In this document: positions 19,733 to 28,556 of the stretch, piece after piece | How positions within the stretch are numbered: the stretch's first letter is position 1 | How the letters are laid out: each line of letters starts with the position of its first letter | Virus record (IMG/VR): IMGVR_UViG_3300027733_000039 | Span: 1-64,000 of that record | From: a virus | Direction: 5' to 3' (one strand) | DNA: 64,000 bases | The notes under the pieces: generated by a model | Database searches by the model: none | Told to the model about the DNA's origin: nothing | What the model saw: the letters and a program-made list of their open reading frames with translations, nothing else | Translations under genes and position numbers: made by a program

Positions 19733-20067
19733 TGAAGCCACCCGTATTCAACAACCGCACTGACGTGCTCACTGAAGCAGACATGCTTATTAATGGTGAA
19801 CGTAATGACAGTTACGGTGACCCCATTGATGACTTCTCTACAACAGCAGACTTCTGGACAACTTACTTGCGCCGTGTCATTGACCGCCGTCAAGAGTTCA
19901 GTCTAAAACCACATGACGTTGCCATCATGATGATGCTCCTAAAGACATCACGTCTTTCATGGAGTCCTGAGAAGCGAGACCATTGGACAGACAGCATTGG
20001 CTACAGCGCTTGTGGTTGGGACTGTGTCGTTCGTGAGGAGGGCTTGCCTGATGCAACACAACTATAA
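19729..20067 (+). CDS. DUF6378-like protein (putative dNTP hydrolase superfamily)
   Basis: GERNDSYGDP..F...W, DVAIMM.LLK.SR, D.W.D.IGY. Confidence 0.75.
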   Translation: MMKPPVFNNRTDVLTEADMLINGERNDSYGDPIDDFSTTADFWTTYLRRVIDRRQEFSLKPHDVAIMMMLLKTSRLSWSPEKRDHWTDSIGYSACGWDCVVREEGLPDATQL

Positions 20068-20455
20068 CGCTTACACCGAATGGCTTGAAGAGAAGAAAGC
20101 AGAAGACTCACGTCACGCCCGCCGTATGGGCATGATGGACATAGAACTGGAGCGAGAGCGCCAGCGCCTTAGCAACGCTTTGAGTGCTATTCCGCAGATG
20201 CTGGTGCAAGATAGAGCACCCACCATTGCTGAGTTTGCAGACAAGGCAGAATTGTCCATGGCTGAGGTGCTCCTAGACAATTGGGATCAAGTGCTTCAAC
20301 TTGTTGTAGTCAACGAGAAACTTAAAGGTGAAGTTAGTAAGTTGTTGCATCAAATAGAACAGATGAGTACAACTATTTATAAAGCAGTTGAGTCCGCTAT
20401 CCGTCCGATGCGAGATAACCGCATCAATGACGCCTCACCGTCAGCCGATTTCTAA
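20051..20455 (+). CDS. Hypothetical coiled-coil protein
   Basis: GAGG RBS before MQHNY. Confidence 0.55.
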   Translation: MQHNYNAYTEWLEEKKAEDSRHARRMGMMDIELERERQRLSNALSAIPQMLVQDRAPTIAEFADKAELSMAEVLLDNWDQVLQLVVVNEKLKGEVSKLLHQIEQMSTTIYKAVESAIRPMRDNRINDASPSADF

Positions 20456-20872
20456 TTGCCTCAGTTTGAAGATGATTGGAGAGAGCAAGCGCTCTGCAAA
20501 GATCGTCACATTGACTTATGGTACCCACCACTAGACACAGATGTCCCCGAGAACTATTATCTTGTATCTCGTGTTGTGTGTAGACAGTGCCCCGTCTGGA
20601 AAGAATGCTTAGACGATGGTCTTGAAGAGAAGTGGGGCATGTGGGGAGGACTCACACCACAAGAGCGCACCGCATTAGTAGTTGAACACCCGAAGGCAAG
20701 CGTCTTGCGTCCGCATGGAACATGGATGCGGTACAGACAGAGTTGCAGGTGTACAGAATGTGTGGATGCTGAGTCAAAAGAGATTAATAAAATAAATATT
20801 GAGGAGATCCCTAAAATGGGGACAACCCCGATTGACTTGGAGATGCTTAAGTTTAGGTTGATTCCCTCTTAA
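20456..20872 (+). CDS. whiB: WhiB-family transcription factor with an extra C-terminal Cys motif
   Basis: W...ALC, CRQCPV..EC, GMWGGLTPQER; HGT...Y...CRC..C. Confidence 0.9.
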   Translation: MPQFEDDWREQALCKDRHIDLWYPPLDTDVPENYYLVSRVVCRQCPVWKECLDDGLEEKWGMWGGLTPQERTALVVEHPKASVLRPHGTWMRYRQSCRCTECVDAESKEINKINIEEIPKMGTTPIDLEMLKFRLIPS

Positions 20873-20892
20873 CGCAGGTAAACTAGAAGGGT

Positions 20893-20937
20893 AACGCCCA
20901 TAGAGTTCTTCACAGAATACTGTGGGCGTTTTGCTTT
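20893..20937 (+). terminator. Terminator/attenuator-like hairpin between a TAAACT -10 box and the transglycosylase gene
   Basis: AACGCCCATAG...CTGTGGGCGTT followed by TTGCTTT; TAAACT at 20879-20884. Confidence 0.55.
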
Positions 20938-20960
20938 ATCCGCCTATCAAGGAGAGACTA

Positions 20961-21458
20961 TTGTTAGATCGCACGCTAGTTATTATTGGACTTACCTTTA
21001 CCTCCATCATCACAATGCTGTTGGGGTTAGCACCAAAAGAACCAACGCCCGAAGTAGCAAAGATTACCTTTATTGACGTAACACCATTCCTCATACTGCC
21101 ACCGAGCACTACGAGTACCACCTCTACATTGCCTGAGGTAGTTCCAGCAGGAATATCAACCGATCACACACAACGGTGCCCCAAGTGGGAAGCCAAGTTT
21201 CGTGAATACGGACTACCCGTGCAGGCTTTCTCATACATCGCCTTTAGGGAAAGTCGTTGTAATCCCGAAGCATGGAATCGTTATAAGAACAGCAACGGCT
21301 CACAAGACCTCGGACTCGTACAGATCAACTCCAGTTGGAAGACGATCACTCGCAAAATCTGCGGTACCGACATTAAAGGACTCTTTGATGTTGATTGCAA
21401 CCTGTCGGTTGCCAAGTACCTTTATGACAATGGTGGACTCGGTCACTGGAGCCTTTAA
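20961..21458 (+). CDS. Membrane-anchored lytic transglycosylase (SLT/lysozyme-like)
   Basis: N-terminal TM segment, Thr linker, IAFRESRCNPEA, GLVQIN, GHW; AAGGAG RBS with TTG start. Confidence 0.85.
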   Translation: MLDRTLVIIGLTFTSIITMLLGLAPKEPTPEVAKITFIDVTPFLILPPSTTSTTSTLPEVVPAGISTDHTQRCPKWEAKFREYGLPVQAFSYIAFRESRCNPEAWNRYKNSNGSQDLGLVQINSSWKTITRKICGTDIKGLFDVDCNLSVAKYLYDNGGLGHWSL

Positions 21459-21465
21459 AGGGTAG

Positions 21466-21494
21466 TAGACACATCGTACACAAACCTGTAGGAT
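21466..21494 (+). promoter_or_regulatory. Promoter giving a leaderless transcript
   Basis: TAGACA-17-TAGGAT, 6 nt before ATG 21501. Confidence 0.6.
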
Positions 21495-21500
21495 GTACCC

Positions 21501-21707
21501 ATGACAACAAACCTACAACCTGAGCACCTCTTGGGCACCAGCGAACTCGCTGTTGTTCTCGGTGTTAGCAAACAGCGTATTCACGCCCTACGCAAGAACA
21601 AGAAGTTCCCACAGCCCATTGCTAACCTTGCCTCCTCACCTATTTGGGATAAACGAGAAGTCATAGTATTTCTAAAGGAATGGCGTCCATGGAAGGTCAC
21701 ACAATGA
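21501..21707 (+). CDS. AlpA/excisionase-like HTH regulator
   Basis: LLGTSELAVVLGVSKQRI...FPQP...PIW. Confidence 0.8.
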   Translation: MTTNLQPEHLLGTSELAVVLGVSKQRIHALRKNKKFPQPIANLASSPIWDKREVIVFLKEWRPWKVTQ

Positions 21708-21850
21708 GTACGGACAAGAAGATCAAACGAAACTATAAGTGTGACACCTGCGGTGATGAACTCACCCTCTTTGTAAACCCTTCAGTACCCCCTGTTCATG
21801 TCTGCAAGAAGCAGGCGAACCGCTCAGTTGAGTTTACGGAAGTCCAATGA
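21704..21850 (+). CDS. Small Zn-ribbon protein (48 aa, not in the ORF track)
   Basis: YKCDTCG...HVC; ATGA overlaps at both ends. Confidence 0.55.
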   Translation: MSTDKKIKRNYKCDTCGDELTLFVNPSVPPVHVCKKQANRSVEFTEVQ

Positions 21851-22911
21851 GGATCGGGGTTGCCAGTGGTGACTTCCTGTCCGCTCAGAAGTCCGCAGAT
21901 GGTGAACACCATTGGGGAGGTTCGGGCTGGGCACGGTATGGTCAGTACATCGGGCGCATTGACTACGAAGTAGTTGTCGGTGTACTCACATGGAAGACCG
22001 ATCACTTCTTTATCAGAGACGAACACGACAACTTGGTAGATGTTGATTGGGTCTTTATGCAACGCTTAATGCATGAGAATCTTCCCGAGCACATTCTTAA
22101 GGCACGTCAATATGGGCAGGTCATTGTGAATGATCTAGACGATTGGTACTGGGGTCTTGACCCATCCAATGACGCATTTATCTCTTCTCACCCAAAGTCC
22201 AACCCCAAAGAGAATCGTAATCATTATAAAGCCGTGCTTGCTTCTAGTACAGCCGTGACCGTGTCTACTCCCTACCTTGCTGATCGCATCAAGTCATGGG
22301 TTCGTTGTCCAATAGTTATATTGGAGAATACGGTGGAAGTCAATCGCTTTACTCCACATATTCACACGGATAGTTCTGTACCTGTAGTCGGGTGGGTTGG
22401 TGCCACGAGCCATCGCTCAGGAGACCTAGAGATCCTAAAAGGTGTTGTGAACCCGCTCATTGTTTCAGGTGACATCAAGTTTCAACATAGCGGTCACTAC
22501 GCTCACGCAAATACTGTTGCCAGCAAGTTGGGGTTACATGATGATCAGGTGAGTGTCCTGCCAGCCGTTGATGCTGTTCAGTACCCATTACTGCTCAACA
22601 TGGATGTCGGTGTTGCACCATTGCGGGACACGCCATTTAACCACGCTAAGAGCGACATCAAACTTCTTGAGTACTCTGCCTCGGGCATTCCATGGATTGC
22701 TTCCTCGTTGTCGGCGTACGAGGGGTTGCGTAAAAAGTGGGGGATTGGTAGGACTGCGAGTAAACCTCAGCAGTGGCTCAAGCATCTAGCGGATCTTCGT
22801 GACCCTGCTAGGCGAGCGTATGAAGGTGAAGCCTTAAGAGAAGCGGTGTGGGCACGAGACATTGAACTCGGCACACACCGCCTCAACTCATTTATTGAAA
22901 GTATCCTTTAG
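21847..22911 (+). CDS. GT-B (GT4-like) glycosyltransferase
   Basis: DLDD, VSTPYL, VGWVG..SH..DL, APL...FN.AKS.IKLLEY...GIP.IAS. Confidence 0.88.
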   Translation: MRIGVASGDFLSAQKSADGEHHWGGSGWARYGQYIGRIDYEVVVGVLTWKTDHFFIRDEHDNLVDVDWVFMQRLMHENLPEHILKARQYGQVIVNDLDDWYWGLDPSNDAFISSHPKSNPKENRNHYKAVLASSTAVTVSTPYLADRIKSWVRCPIVILENTVEVNRFTPHIHTDSSVPVVGWVGATSHRSGDLEILKGVVNPLIVSGDIKFQHSGHYAHANTVASKLGLHDDQVSVLPAVDAVQYPLLLNMDVGVAPLRDTPFNHAKSDIKLLEYSASGIPWIASSLSAYEGLRKKWGIGRTASKPQQWLKHLADLRDPARRAYEGEALREAVWARDIELGTHRLNSFIESIL

Positions 22912-23241
22912 TTTCGTTCGTTGCTCAGTGGTCATGGATGTCATGCTCTTGCCACCCCATATTCCATACTGGATGTCGTTCTTGATGGCAAAACGAAGGC
23001 ACTGGATCTGCACAGGACAGCCTTTGCATATCTCTTTGGCTTGCTTCTGTGCTTCTATGACAGTCTTAGTCCTGCGTTCGTAAAGCCCAGCAAACCATTT
23101 GTCGGTGCCTTCTTTACGACAGAGAGCGAACTCTCTCCAGTCACCTACTTCAGGGAACTTCAACCCAAGAGTGTCTGAACGCCACCAAGAGTCAGGCAAG
23201 GTGTTAGTGGGGGATTGCTCCCCCACTGCTACCTCGGACAT
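22888..23241 (-). CDS. whiB: WhiB-family transcription factor
   Basis: WREFALC, AKEICKGCPVQIQCL, GIWGG. Confidence 0.9.
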   Translation of the reverse strand: MSEVAVGEQSPTNTLPDSWWRSDTLGLKFPEVGDWREFALCRKEGTDKWFAGLYERRTKTVIEAQKQAKEICKGCPVQIQCLRFAIKNDIQYGIWGGKSMTSMTTEQRTKLKDTFNK

Positions 23242-24281
23242 TATGCCATCACCACATCGTGGAGCGTACGGATGACTTGGCGATCAAACTCATCGCCCTT
23301 GCCATTGAGTGCATTGAGTGCATTGCGCTCAACACGGCTCTCCATCTTGCCTACATAGTGTTGCTGGTAGGTGTTGAATGCCTGCAACACACCGAGACCC
23401 GTTCCGATCCATGGTGCCACCCGTGGATCGTATTTGTACAGGTGTCGTACGGCTTCTTGCTTGTTCTGAGCACGGCTGACCGACTGTGGTCGTGCATCGG
23501 TGCCCACAACAGTTGGCATGAGGCGCTCTACAATGGCGTCCCACTCTGATGCAGTAACAACCATGCTGGACAGACGCTCAATCTCGGCGCTGAAGTCCTC
23601 TGCCATGGTGTGAATGATGCCGAGGGCGTCACGGATGCTCTGCACACGACCGTTGCTGTTCTTGCTGTGGCGTGTCTTGAACTGGCTACCGTCCTCGGAG
23701 AGCGCTCCAGCAAGCGTGTTATCACAAACTACCGCAGTGATGCACCGTTTGAAGGTGGTGGCAAGAGTGCCGTTGTGGCTCGTTGTTGCCAACAAGTGTG
23801 GACGGAAGTCAAAGCCAGCCGAAGTGCTGATGCTCTCAGGCATCTCAATGCTGACCCAAGCGACTCCACCATTGCGGAGCAAGCCCGCAGAACCGATCTG
23901 CAAGTTGCTGTCATCAATGACGTTGGACACGGTGTCCAGCAACCATTCATCGTATTGGTGGATGGCGTAGGTGTCCTTGAAGAGACCGAGAGTCTCGTAG
24001 GTGTCGTTGCGCACGATTGCCTTGCGATCATCTTGTGGGATGAACTTCATGGCACCTTCAGTGTCACTCTTCAAGTCAGGGACTTGCACGAACACTGGTG
24101 CTTCAATTGCCTTCCAATGGAAGAGACGGCGCCGTACATCGGACACAGGAATCGCTCCCGTGTAATGGTTCGGCTCGCCATGCTGGAGTTCCTTCTTTGA
24201 CCACCATGCCTCGCCACGCTTCTCTGTGAACCCCACGAGGATGTTCCCCGAGTTGAGGTATTCGTATGTTTCTTTGCTCAT
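23241..24281 (-). CDS. DUF932-family phage/plasmid protein
   Basis: SAGLLRNGG, LLATTSHNGT, VVCDNTL, RHSKN. Confidence 0.85.
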   Translation of the reverse strand: MSKETYEYLNSGNILVGFTEKRGEAWWSKKELQHGEPNHYTGAIPVSDVRRRLFHWKAIEAPVFVQVPDLKSDTEGAMKFIPQDDRKAIVRNDTYETLGLFKDTYAIHQYDEWLLDTVSNVIDDSNLQIGSAGLLRNGGVAWVSIEMPESISTSAGFDFRPHLLATTSHNGTLATTFKRCITAVVCDNTLAGALSEDGSQFKTRHSKNSNGRVQSIRDALGIIHTMAEDFSAEIERLSSMVVTASEWDAIVERLMPTVVGTDARPQSVSRAQNKQEAVRHLYKYDPRVAPWIGTGLGVLQAFNTYQQHYVGKMESRVERNALNALNGKGDEFDRQVIRTLHDVVMA

Positions 24282-24332
24282 TTCATGCTCCTTGTTAGTT
24301 TGATTTGTTTGGATATTCGTACCACGAGGATA

Positions 24333-24361
24333 AATCTACCTTCGTGTATTGCTATTCACAA
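24333..24361 (-). promoter_or_regulatory. Promoter for DUF932-whiB
   Basis: Minus strand TTGTGA-17-TAGATT. Confidence 0.55.
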
Positions 24362-24377
24362 CTTTTATTTAATTTAT

Positions 24378-24668
24378 TTATGGTTTACTTTTGAGGTTGA
24401 TGACCTGCCCAATTTGTAAGAGCGTCCCGTACTCATCTACGAGGTCATCCACGGCTGTGGAGATATTGCCCCAGCAATGCTGGACGGCAATCTGCCACAG
24501 GGTGTCACCCTGATAGACGATTACTGGCTCCGTGTCACACGAGTAGGTGTTCATCCTTTTGTCGTAGTCACGGTAAGCCCACACGGCGAAGCATGCCCCT
24601 GCTACTACGAGCAGAGTAATGAATCCTCGTGTGACTCTTTGATTAAGGGCTTCATAGTTGTTTCTCAT
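24378..24668 (-). CDS. Membrane-anchored LysM-domain protein
   Basis: TM helix, then VYQGDTLWQIA...LQIGQVINL; GGAG RBS. Confidence 0.8.
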   Translation of the reverse strand: MRNNYEALNQRVTRGFITLLVVAGACFAVWAYRDYDKRMNTYSCDTEPVIVYQGDTLWQIAVQHCWGNISTAVDDLVDEYGTLLQIGQVINLKSKP

Positions 24669-24919
24669 ATCGTGTTCTCCATCTCTCGGTGTCTGAGTGC
24701 TTCTTTGGCTTCTTCTTGTTGCCACAGGTAGTCGGCGTAGTCGGTACCCGATGCCACCAAGGCTCCACAAGTACATGTGGCTTCACCTTCGGTGTCATCG
24801 GGGTACATGGTTACGGTTTCATTCCATAAGCGACCGCATCCAGTTTCACAAAAGAATGCGAGTTCTTGATCTATCTCATCCCACGGTGTCCACCCACCTA
24901 ACGGTCTACGCCGACTCAT
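24665..24919 (-). CDS. Small Cys-containing hypothetical protein
   Basis: CETGCG...CTCG; coupled ORF. Confidence 0.6.
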   Translation of the reverse strand: MSRRRPLGGWTPWDEIDQELAFFCETGCGRLWNETVTMYPDDTEGEATCTCGALVASGTDYADYLWQQEEAKEALRHREMENTI

Positions 24920-25467
24920 GACAGAGCCTCGTAGAGTTCGTCAAACTCGGTGTCCAGCCATTCTTTGAATGCTTTTGGCTCAGGTGTGAGCACCGAGATG
25001 CCCATGCTGAACACATTGCTCGTGGGATCAGCCACGATGGCTACAGCCACTGGTGGTATGACATCACCAACAAGGACTGATTCAGCCCACTGGTTGAATG
25101 TTGCTTTACGATCAGCGATGGGATCACCCCAAGACCCAGTTGTCCAGCCGTTCATGACGTCTGTCCAACCTTCAATGGTGGTCTCATAGTGCCCACGCCA
25201 CGCATCACTGTGGATGTACTCACGATTGATTGTGATTTTAGATCGGTACATGTCATCGCCGTATTCATCCATGCGAATATGATCTCCGATGTAGTACTTG
25301 CGTACTACGCCGTCATCCACAAGTTGCACAGTTGAAGAATGATTCTGATCTGACTCGTAGCAACCCCAGCAGAGGTAATCCTCTTTGACGGTGCTCCATC
25401 CGAAGTCACCTTCGGCGTCCACGATCTCCTCGCATTCACAGCACTTATTCTCTGTGTCTTCGCTCAT
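24916..25467 (-). CDS. Hypothetical acidic protein with an N-terminal Zn finger
   Basis: CCEC...LCWGCYE; DAWRGHY. Confidence 0.7.
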   Translation of the reverse strand: MSEDTENKCCECEEIVDAEGDFGWSTVKEDYLCWGCYESDQNHSSTVQLVDDGVVRKYYIGDHIRMDEYGDDMYRSKITINREYIHSDAWRGHYETTIEGWTDVMNGWTTGSWGDPIADRKATFNQWAESVLVGDVIPPVAVAIVADPTSNVFSMGISVLTPEPKAFKEWLDTEFDELYEALS

Positions 25468-25811
25468 TATTCTGCTCCTTCTCCATAGGTGTCTACTTTG
25501 ATTGTGATGTCTTCATCAAACTCACATGGAATTGCTGTAATGAAGTAACCGATGCGGTTGACCATGTGCCAACCATCAACGATGTATGAGCCATCATTAC
25601 CATCTACCCATGTCCACACCTTGTGTGGCTGGACGCTGGCAACCTTCATGACGTAGTCGTACTCGGCTCCGTAGGTCTCGTACATGACTCCACCTTCATA
25701 TCCACTTTCATCTGATGTCCCCCACGATGCATCTTTGTCAAGATGATTCATGACGGGCTTGTACTTCTCTTCCCATTGCTCTACTGACATTGTTATTGCT
25801 GTCTTATTCAT
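25467..25811 (-). CDS. Hypothetical protein
   Basis: ETYG.E..YV, VWTWVDG, GWHMVNRIGYFIT; hairpin-SD leader. Confidence 0.75.
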   Translation of the reverse strand: MNKTAITMSVEQWEEKYKPVMNHLDKDASWGTSDESGYEGGVMYETYGAEYDYVMKVASVQPHKVWTWVDGNDGSYIVDGWHMVNRIGYFITAIPCEFDEDITIKVDTYGEGAE

Positions 25812-25813
25812 TT

Positions 25814-25933
25814 GAACCTCCTCAGATTCTTTAACTCAGGGGTGTGACACAGTGTCTTCACCCCGTGGATGCTCTACCCCGATCAGTGAGCAGAGCATCC
25901 ACGGGATGACACCAGCCGAGGCTGATGGCACCC
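25814..25933 (-). ncRNA. Cassette leader L1: type-A structured element (divergent) + SD hairpin
   Basis: Minus strand: P1 CATCAGC/GCTGGTG, long P2 CCCGTGGATGCTCTGCTC/GGGTAGAGCATCCACGGG, P3 GACA/TGTC; GAATCT-GAGG-AGGTTC. Confidence 0.7.
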
Positions 25934-25956
25934 TATTACTGGCTCGTACAAGCCTC

Positions 25957-26223
25957 TCAGGACTCGTTTAACGACTCTTTAATCCAATCTAAGTCAATGC
26001 TGTAGAGAAACACAAAGTGTCCCTCGGGTGCACGAAACTTAATGTAACCACCCGAGAAGTCATCTTCAAACTGCTCGTTGACATTGCCGATGTGCTTGAG
26101 TTTGGCTACTTCTTCAACCCCGTAGTACTCGTTGGTATTGACGGAGGGGATCAAGAGACCCGACTCCACCAAGTCCTTACGAACGGTGTAGTACCCGCTC
26201 CCTATTTGAACGAATCGGATCAT
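25957..26223 (-). CDS. Hypothetical protein
   Basis: GGAGG RBS; coupled ORF. Confidence 0.6.
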   Translation of the reverse strand: MIRFVQIGSGYYTVRKDLVESGLLIPSVNTNEYYGVEEVAKLKHIGNVNEQFEDDFSGGYIKFRAPEGHFVFLYSIDLDWIKESLNES

Positions 26224-26420
26224 TGCTCACCTCCGCATCGGCAGTTGCCATTGCATGGAGCGAACTGTGTTTGCCGAGAGTCCCAGCCATTCTCAGTGCA
26301 CTTGACACACCTCCACTCATCTGAAGGTAGGTCAGGTGCTGGTCTGAAGTCATGATTACACATGATCACCACTGTCGGCACCGATCCCTCGGTTTTGAAG
26401 TGTTCCATGACGCTCTTCAT
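26220..26420 (-). CDS. Small Cys-rich protein
   Basis: CNHDF...WRCVKC...CNGNCRC. Confidence 0.55.
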   Translation of the reverse strand: MKSVMEHFKTEGSVPTVVIMCNHDFRPAPDLPSDEWRCVKCTENGWDSRQTQFAPCNGNCRCGGEQ

Positions 26421-26629
26421 ACGAACACCTCTGCTTTAATGATCTTGGCGAAAGGCACTTCAATTTCACGGAACTCACCTTCGCCATGGTGCGGGCTGTC
26501 CTCGGTGAAGATCACCACTGATGTGTCAGTGATGTCCATGACATCTCCGATGTACACCCACTGCTCTTGTGGGTATATCTGCACAAGGAGTTCAACCTGA
26601 TCACCGATGTTGAGACTCAGTGTGTCCAT
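26417..26629 (-). CDS. Small beta-rich hypothetical protein
   Basis: GGAGG RBS; TGATG coupling. Confidence 0.6.
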   Translation of the reverse strand: MDTLSLNIGDQVELLVQIYPQEQWVYIGDVMDITDTSVVIFTEDSPHHGEGEFREIEVPFAKIIKAEVFV

Positions 26630-26916
26630 CAGTAGTCCTCCCCATCGTCAATGAATGACTCAAGATGATGCGAGTCCACGATTGCCCACGCTGGAGCCAG
26701 TGGTTGCCCACGCCACAACACACCTTCAGGGAGTGTGATGTTGACATCGGTATTTCCTGCACTCACATTCTCAATCGCCAGTACGCACACATCAAGCATG
26801 CTCAATGGTACGGGTGGGTAGTGATTGGATGTTAGGTGCCACGAGAGCGCCTGTCGTAGTTCAATGAGACCGTCCACGACAGCATCATTCATTCCTATTG
26901 CATTCATGCTTCCCAT
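26629..26916 (-). CDS. Hypothetical protein
   Basis: HLTSNHYPPVP...IVDSHHLESF; TAATG coupling. Confidence 0.7.
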   Translation of the reverse strand: MGSMNAIGMNDAVVDGLIELRQALSWHLTSNHYPPVPLSMLDVCVLAIENVSAGNTDVNITLPEGVLWRGQPLAPAWAIVDSHHLESFIDDGEDY

Positions 26917-27098
26917 TACTTTGCCTCCTCGGCTGTCCATGGTGCCTCAAAGCCCACGCTCTCTTTCCATTTGAGCGCAACTTCTAGTTCGTCCTCATCA
27001 AGGTGATAGAACTTGTCAAAGGCTTCTGCCTCGGATCTCGCTTCCACCTCGTATCCATAGTCAATGGTTTCATTGACTCTTACTATCCACTTGCTCAT
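26916..27098 (-). CDS. Small acidic protein (VEARSEAEA motif)
   Basis: Directly follows leader L2. Confidence 0.65.
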   Translation of the reverse strand: MSKWIVRVNETIDYGYEVEARSEAEAFDKFYHLDEDELEVALKWKESVGFEAPWTAEEAK

Positions 27099-27102
27099 AA
27101 CT

Positions 27103-27217
27103 GACCTCCTCAGGTCTTAGGGATTAATTAATGTATCGGGCATTGAGTGCCCTCACAACCCACAAACAATGTCTGTGGGCTGTGAGCGCACCATGGCGTG
27201 AGCCATGATGCACCCGA
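27103..27217 (-). ncRNA. Cassette leader L2: type-A element + SD hairpin
   Basis: P1 GCATCATGGC-TCAC-GCCATGGTGC; P2 CTCACAGCCCACAGAC/GTTTGTGGGTTGTGAG; P3 GGGCA/TGCCC; GACCT-GAGG-AGGTC. Confidence 0.8.
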
Positions 27218-27469
27218 TCAGGATGCGTCCTCCAGTTGGTATGAGACAACGATAAAGTCTTCACCGTTGTTGCCCATGAGTCCCTTCAGTTGCTCCTCGC
27301 CATCCTCGCAGTAGAAGAAGATCCGATCATCTCGCTGTCCGAGAGAATCAAAGTCCTCACTGATCTCGTTGTCGTATGAGCCGAACGAGAAGTACCGTTC
27401 GTCCTCCACGCCTGAGTCAAACCACTTGATGACTGCCCATGCACCCATAGGTGCTCCGATGTTGCTCAT
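27218..27469 (-). CDS. Hypothetical acidic protein
   Basis: GGAGG RBS; DDRIFFYC. Confidence 0.65.
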   Translation of the reverse strand: MSNIGAPMGAWAVIKWFDSGVEDERYFSFGSYDNEISEDFDSLGQRDDRIFFYCEDGEEQLKGLMGNNGEDFIVVSYQLEDAS

Positions 27470-27471
27470 TG

Positions 27472-27669
27472 CTATTCCTCCGTTTCTTTGTCAATTTCAA
27501 TCATTTCGTACAACACTTGCTCTAGCACTTCGTTGCCGAGTTCCACGATTCTCTCGTGTACATACCCTTCAACTTCTTCCATTGCTTCAATGGCTTCTTC
27601 TTTTGTCCAGTGTGGGTACATTGCTTTTGCATCTTCCCACGACCACTTCACGACAACTTCAGTTGCCAT
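27472..27669 (-). CDS. Small acidic protein
   Basis: AGGAGG RBS; TAATG coupling. Confidence 0.65.
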   Translation of the reverse strand: MATEVVVKWSWEDAKAMYPHWTKEEAIEAMEEVEGYVHERIVELGNEVLEQVLYEMIEIDKETEE

Positions 27670-27911
27670 TAGAAGCCTCCTTCTTCTTCATTAATTGATT
27701 GGTACAGGTTATTCCAAACCTCTTCGTTCACTGAGTCATACCCGCCTTCGGCGTCAAACTCTTGAATGGCTTTGAGCCATTCGTCTGAGTCTGCCGACAA
27801 TGGTTCTTCAGGTGTACCTGTAGAGAATAAGTCTGATTCCCACCAAGAGATAGCGATCTCTTCGTCAGGATTGATCTCACTCAACAGTTCAATTGCTTTG
27901 CTTACCTTCAT
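27669..27911 (-). CDS. Hypothetical protein, paralog of 28087..28446
   Basis: MKVS..I..L...PDEE.AI.W...W.KAI. Confidence 0.65.
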   Translation of the reverse strand: MKVSKAIELLSEINPDEEIAISWWESDLFSTGTPEEPLSADSDEWLKAIQEFDAEGGYDSVNEEVWNNLYQSINEEEGGF

Positions 27912-28087
27912 TGCTGTTCTCCTTTGTAGGTTGCTTCTAATGTTCTTTCATCCCATCCAATGATGGATGCTTCGCTTGCTGTTGTGATGTAATCCATTGC
28001 ACACACCATGTCATTGTTATCGCTGTATGTTTCTATTGCTAGGACGAGTGTGACCTCAACCAGTTTGGTTGTTGCTAATGCTTTCAT
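27908..28087 (-). CDS. Small hypothetical protein (59 aa, not in the ORF track)
   Basis: MKALATTK...GEQQ*; AGGAGG RBS; coupled at both ends. Confidence 0.55.
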   Translation of the reverse strand: MKALATTKLVEVTLVLAIETYSDNNDMVCAMDYITTASEASIIGWDERTLEATYKGEQQ

Positions 28088-28446
28088 TACTTGCCCTCCT
28101 TTGGGCTTTTGATCTCTGACACGATGTCAGACATCCACTTGATGTTGTATGCGTTGATCTTCTCAATGGTGCTGAGAACATCGGGCACGACTTCGCTTAC
28201 TGGCTCACTGTGTTCCTTCAAGCATTCAAGGATGTCATAGAGCGTCTCGTTGGCGTATTCATCCAACAGTTGAAGCCAAGACATCTGATTGATTGCTTCG
28301 CTCCAGTGGTCTGCCGATGGGGCTTCTTGATACCCAGTCTCTTCGTCAGGAACAGTGAAGTCATTGCGATCAAGCCACCTGATGAGCAATTCATCATCGG
28401 GCTGGTACACAGCATTCAACACATTGATTATTGCACTTACTTTCAT
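28087..28446 (-). CDS. Hypothetical protein, paralog of 27669..27911
   Basis: MKVSAII.VL...PDDELLIRW...WSEAI; follows leader L3. Confidence 0.7.
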   Translation of the reverse strand: MKVSAIINVLNAVYQPDDELLIRWLDRNDFTVPDEETGYQEAPSADHWSEAINQMSWLQLLDEYANETLYDILECLKEHSEPVSEVVPDVLSTIEKINAYNIKWMSDIVSEIKSPKEGK

Positions 28447-28449
28447 GGC

Positions 28450-28553
28450 GCCTCCTCAGGCATTACTTAATTGAACATCGGATGATGTTCTGACAATACA
28501 TTATCGGTGTGACAATGTACTGTCAGAACACCACGGACTTGCGCCCGTGATGC
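28450..28553 (-). ncRNA. Cassette leader L3: type-A element + SD hairpin
   Basis: P1 GCATCACGGGC-GCAA-GTCCGTGGTGT; P2 TCTGACAGTACATTGTC/GATAATGTATTGTCAGA; P3 GAACATC/GATGTTC; GCCT-GAGG-AGGC. Confidence 0.8.
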
Positions 28554-28556
28554 ACT

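Noticed and set aside
21501-21707. AlpA/excisionase-like gene as evidence of a prophage or integrative element
   Set aside because: No integrase, att site or host genes are visible in the window.
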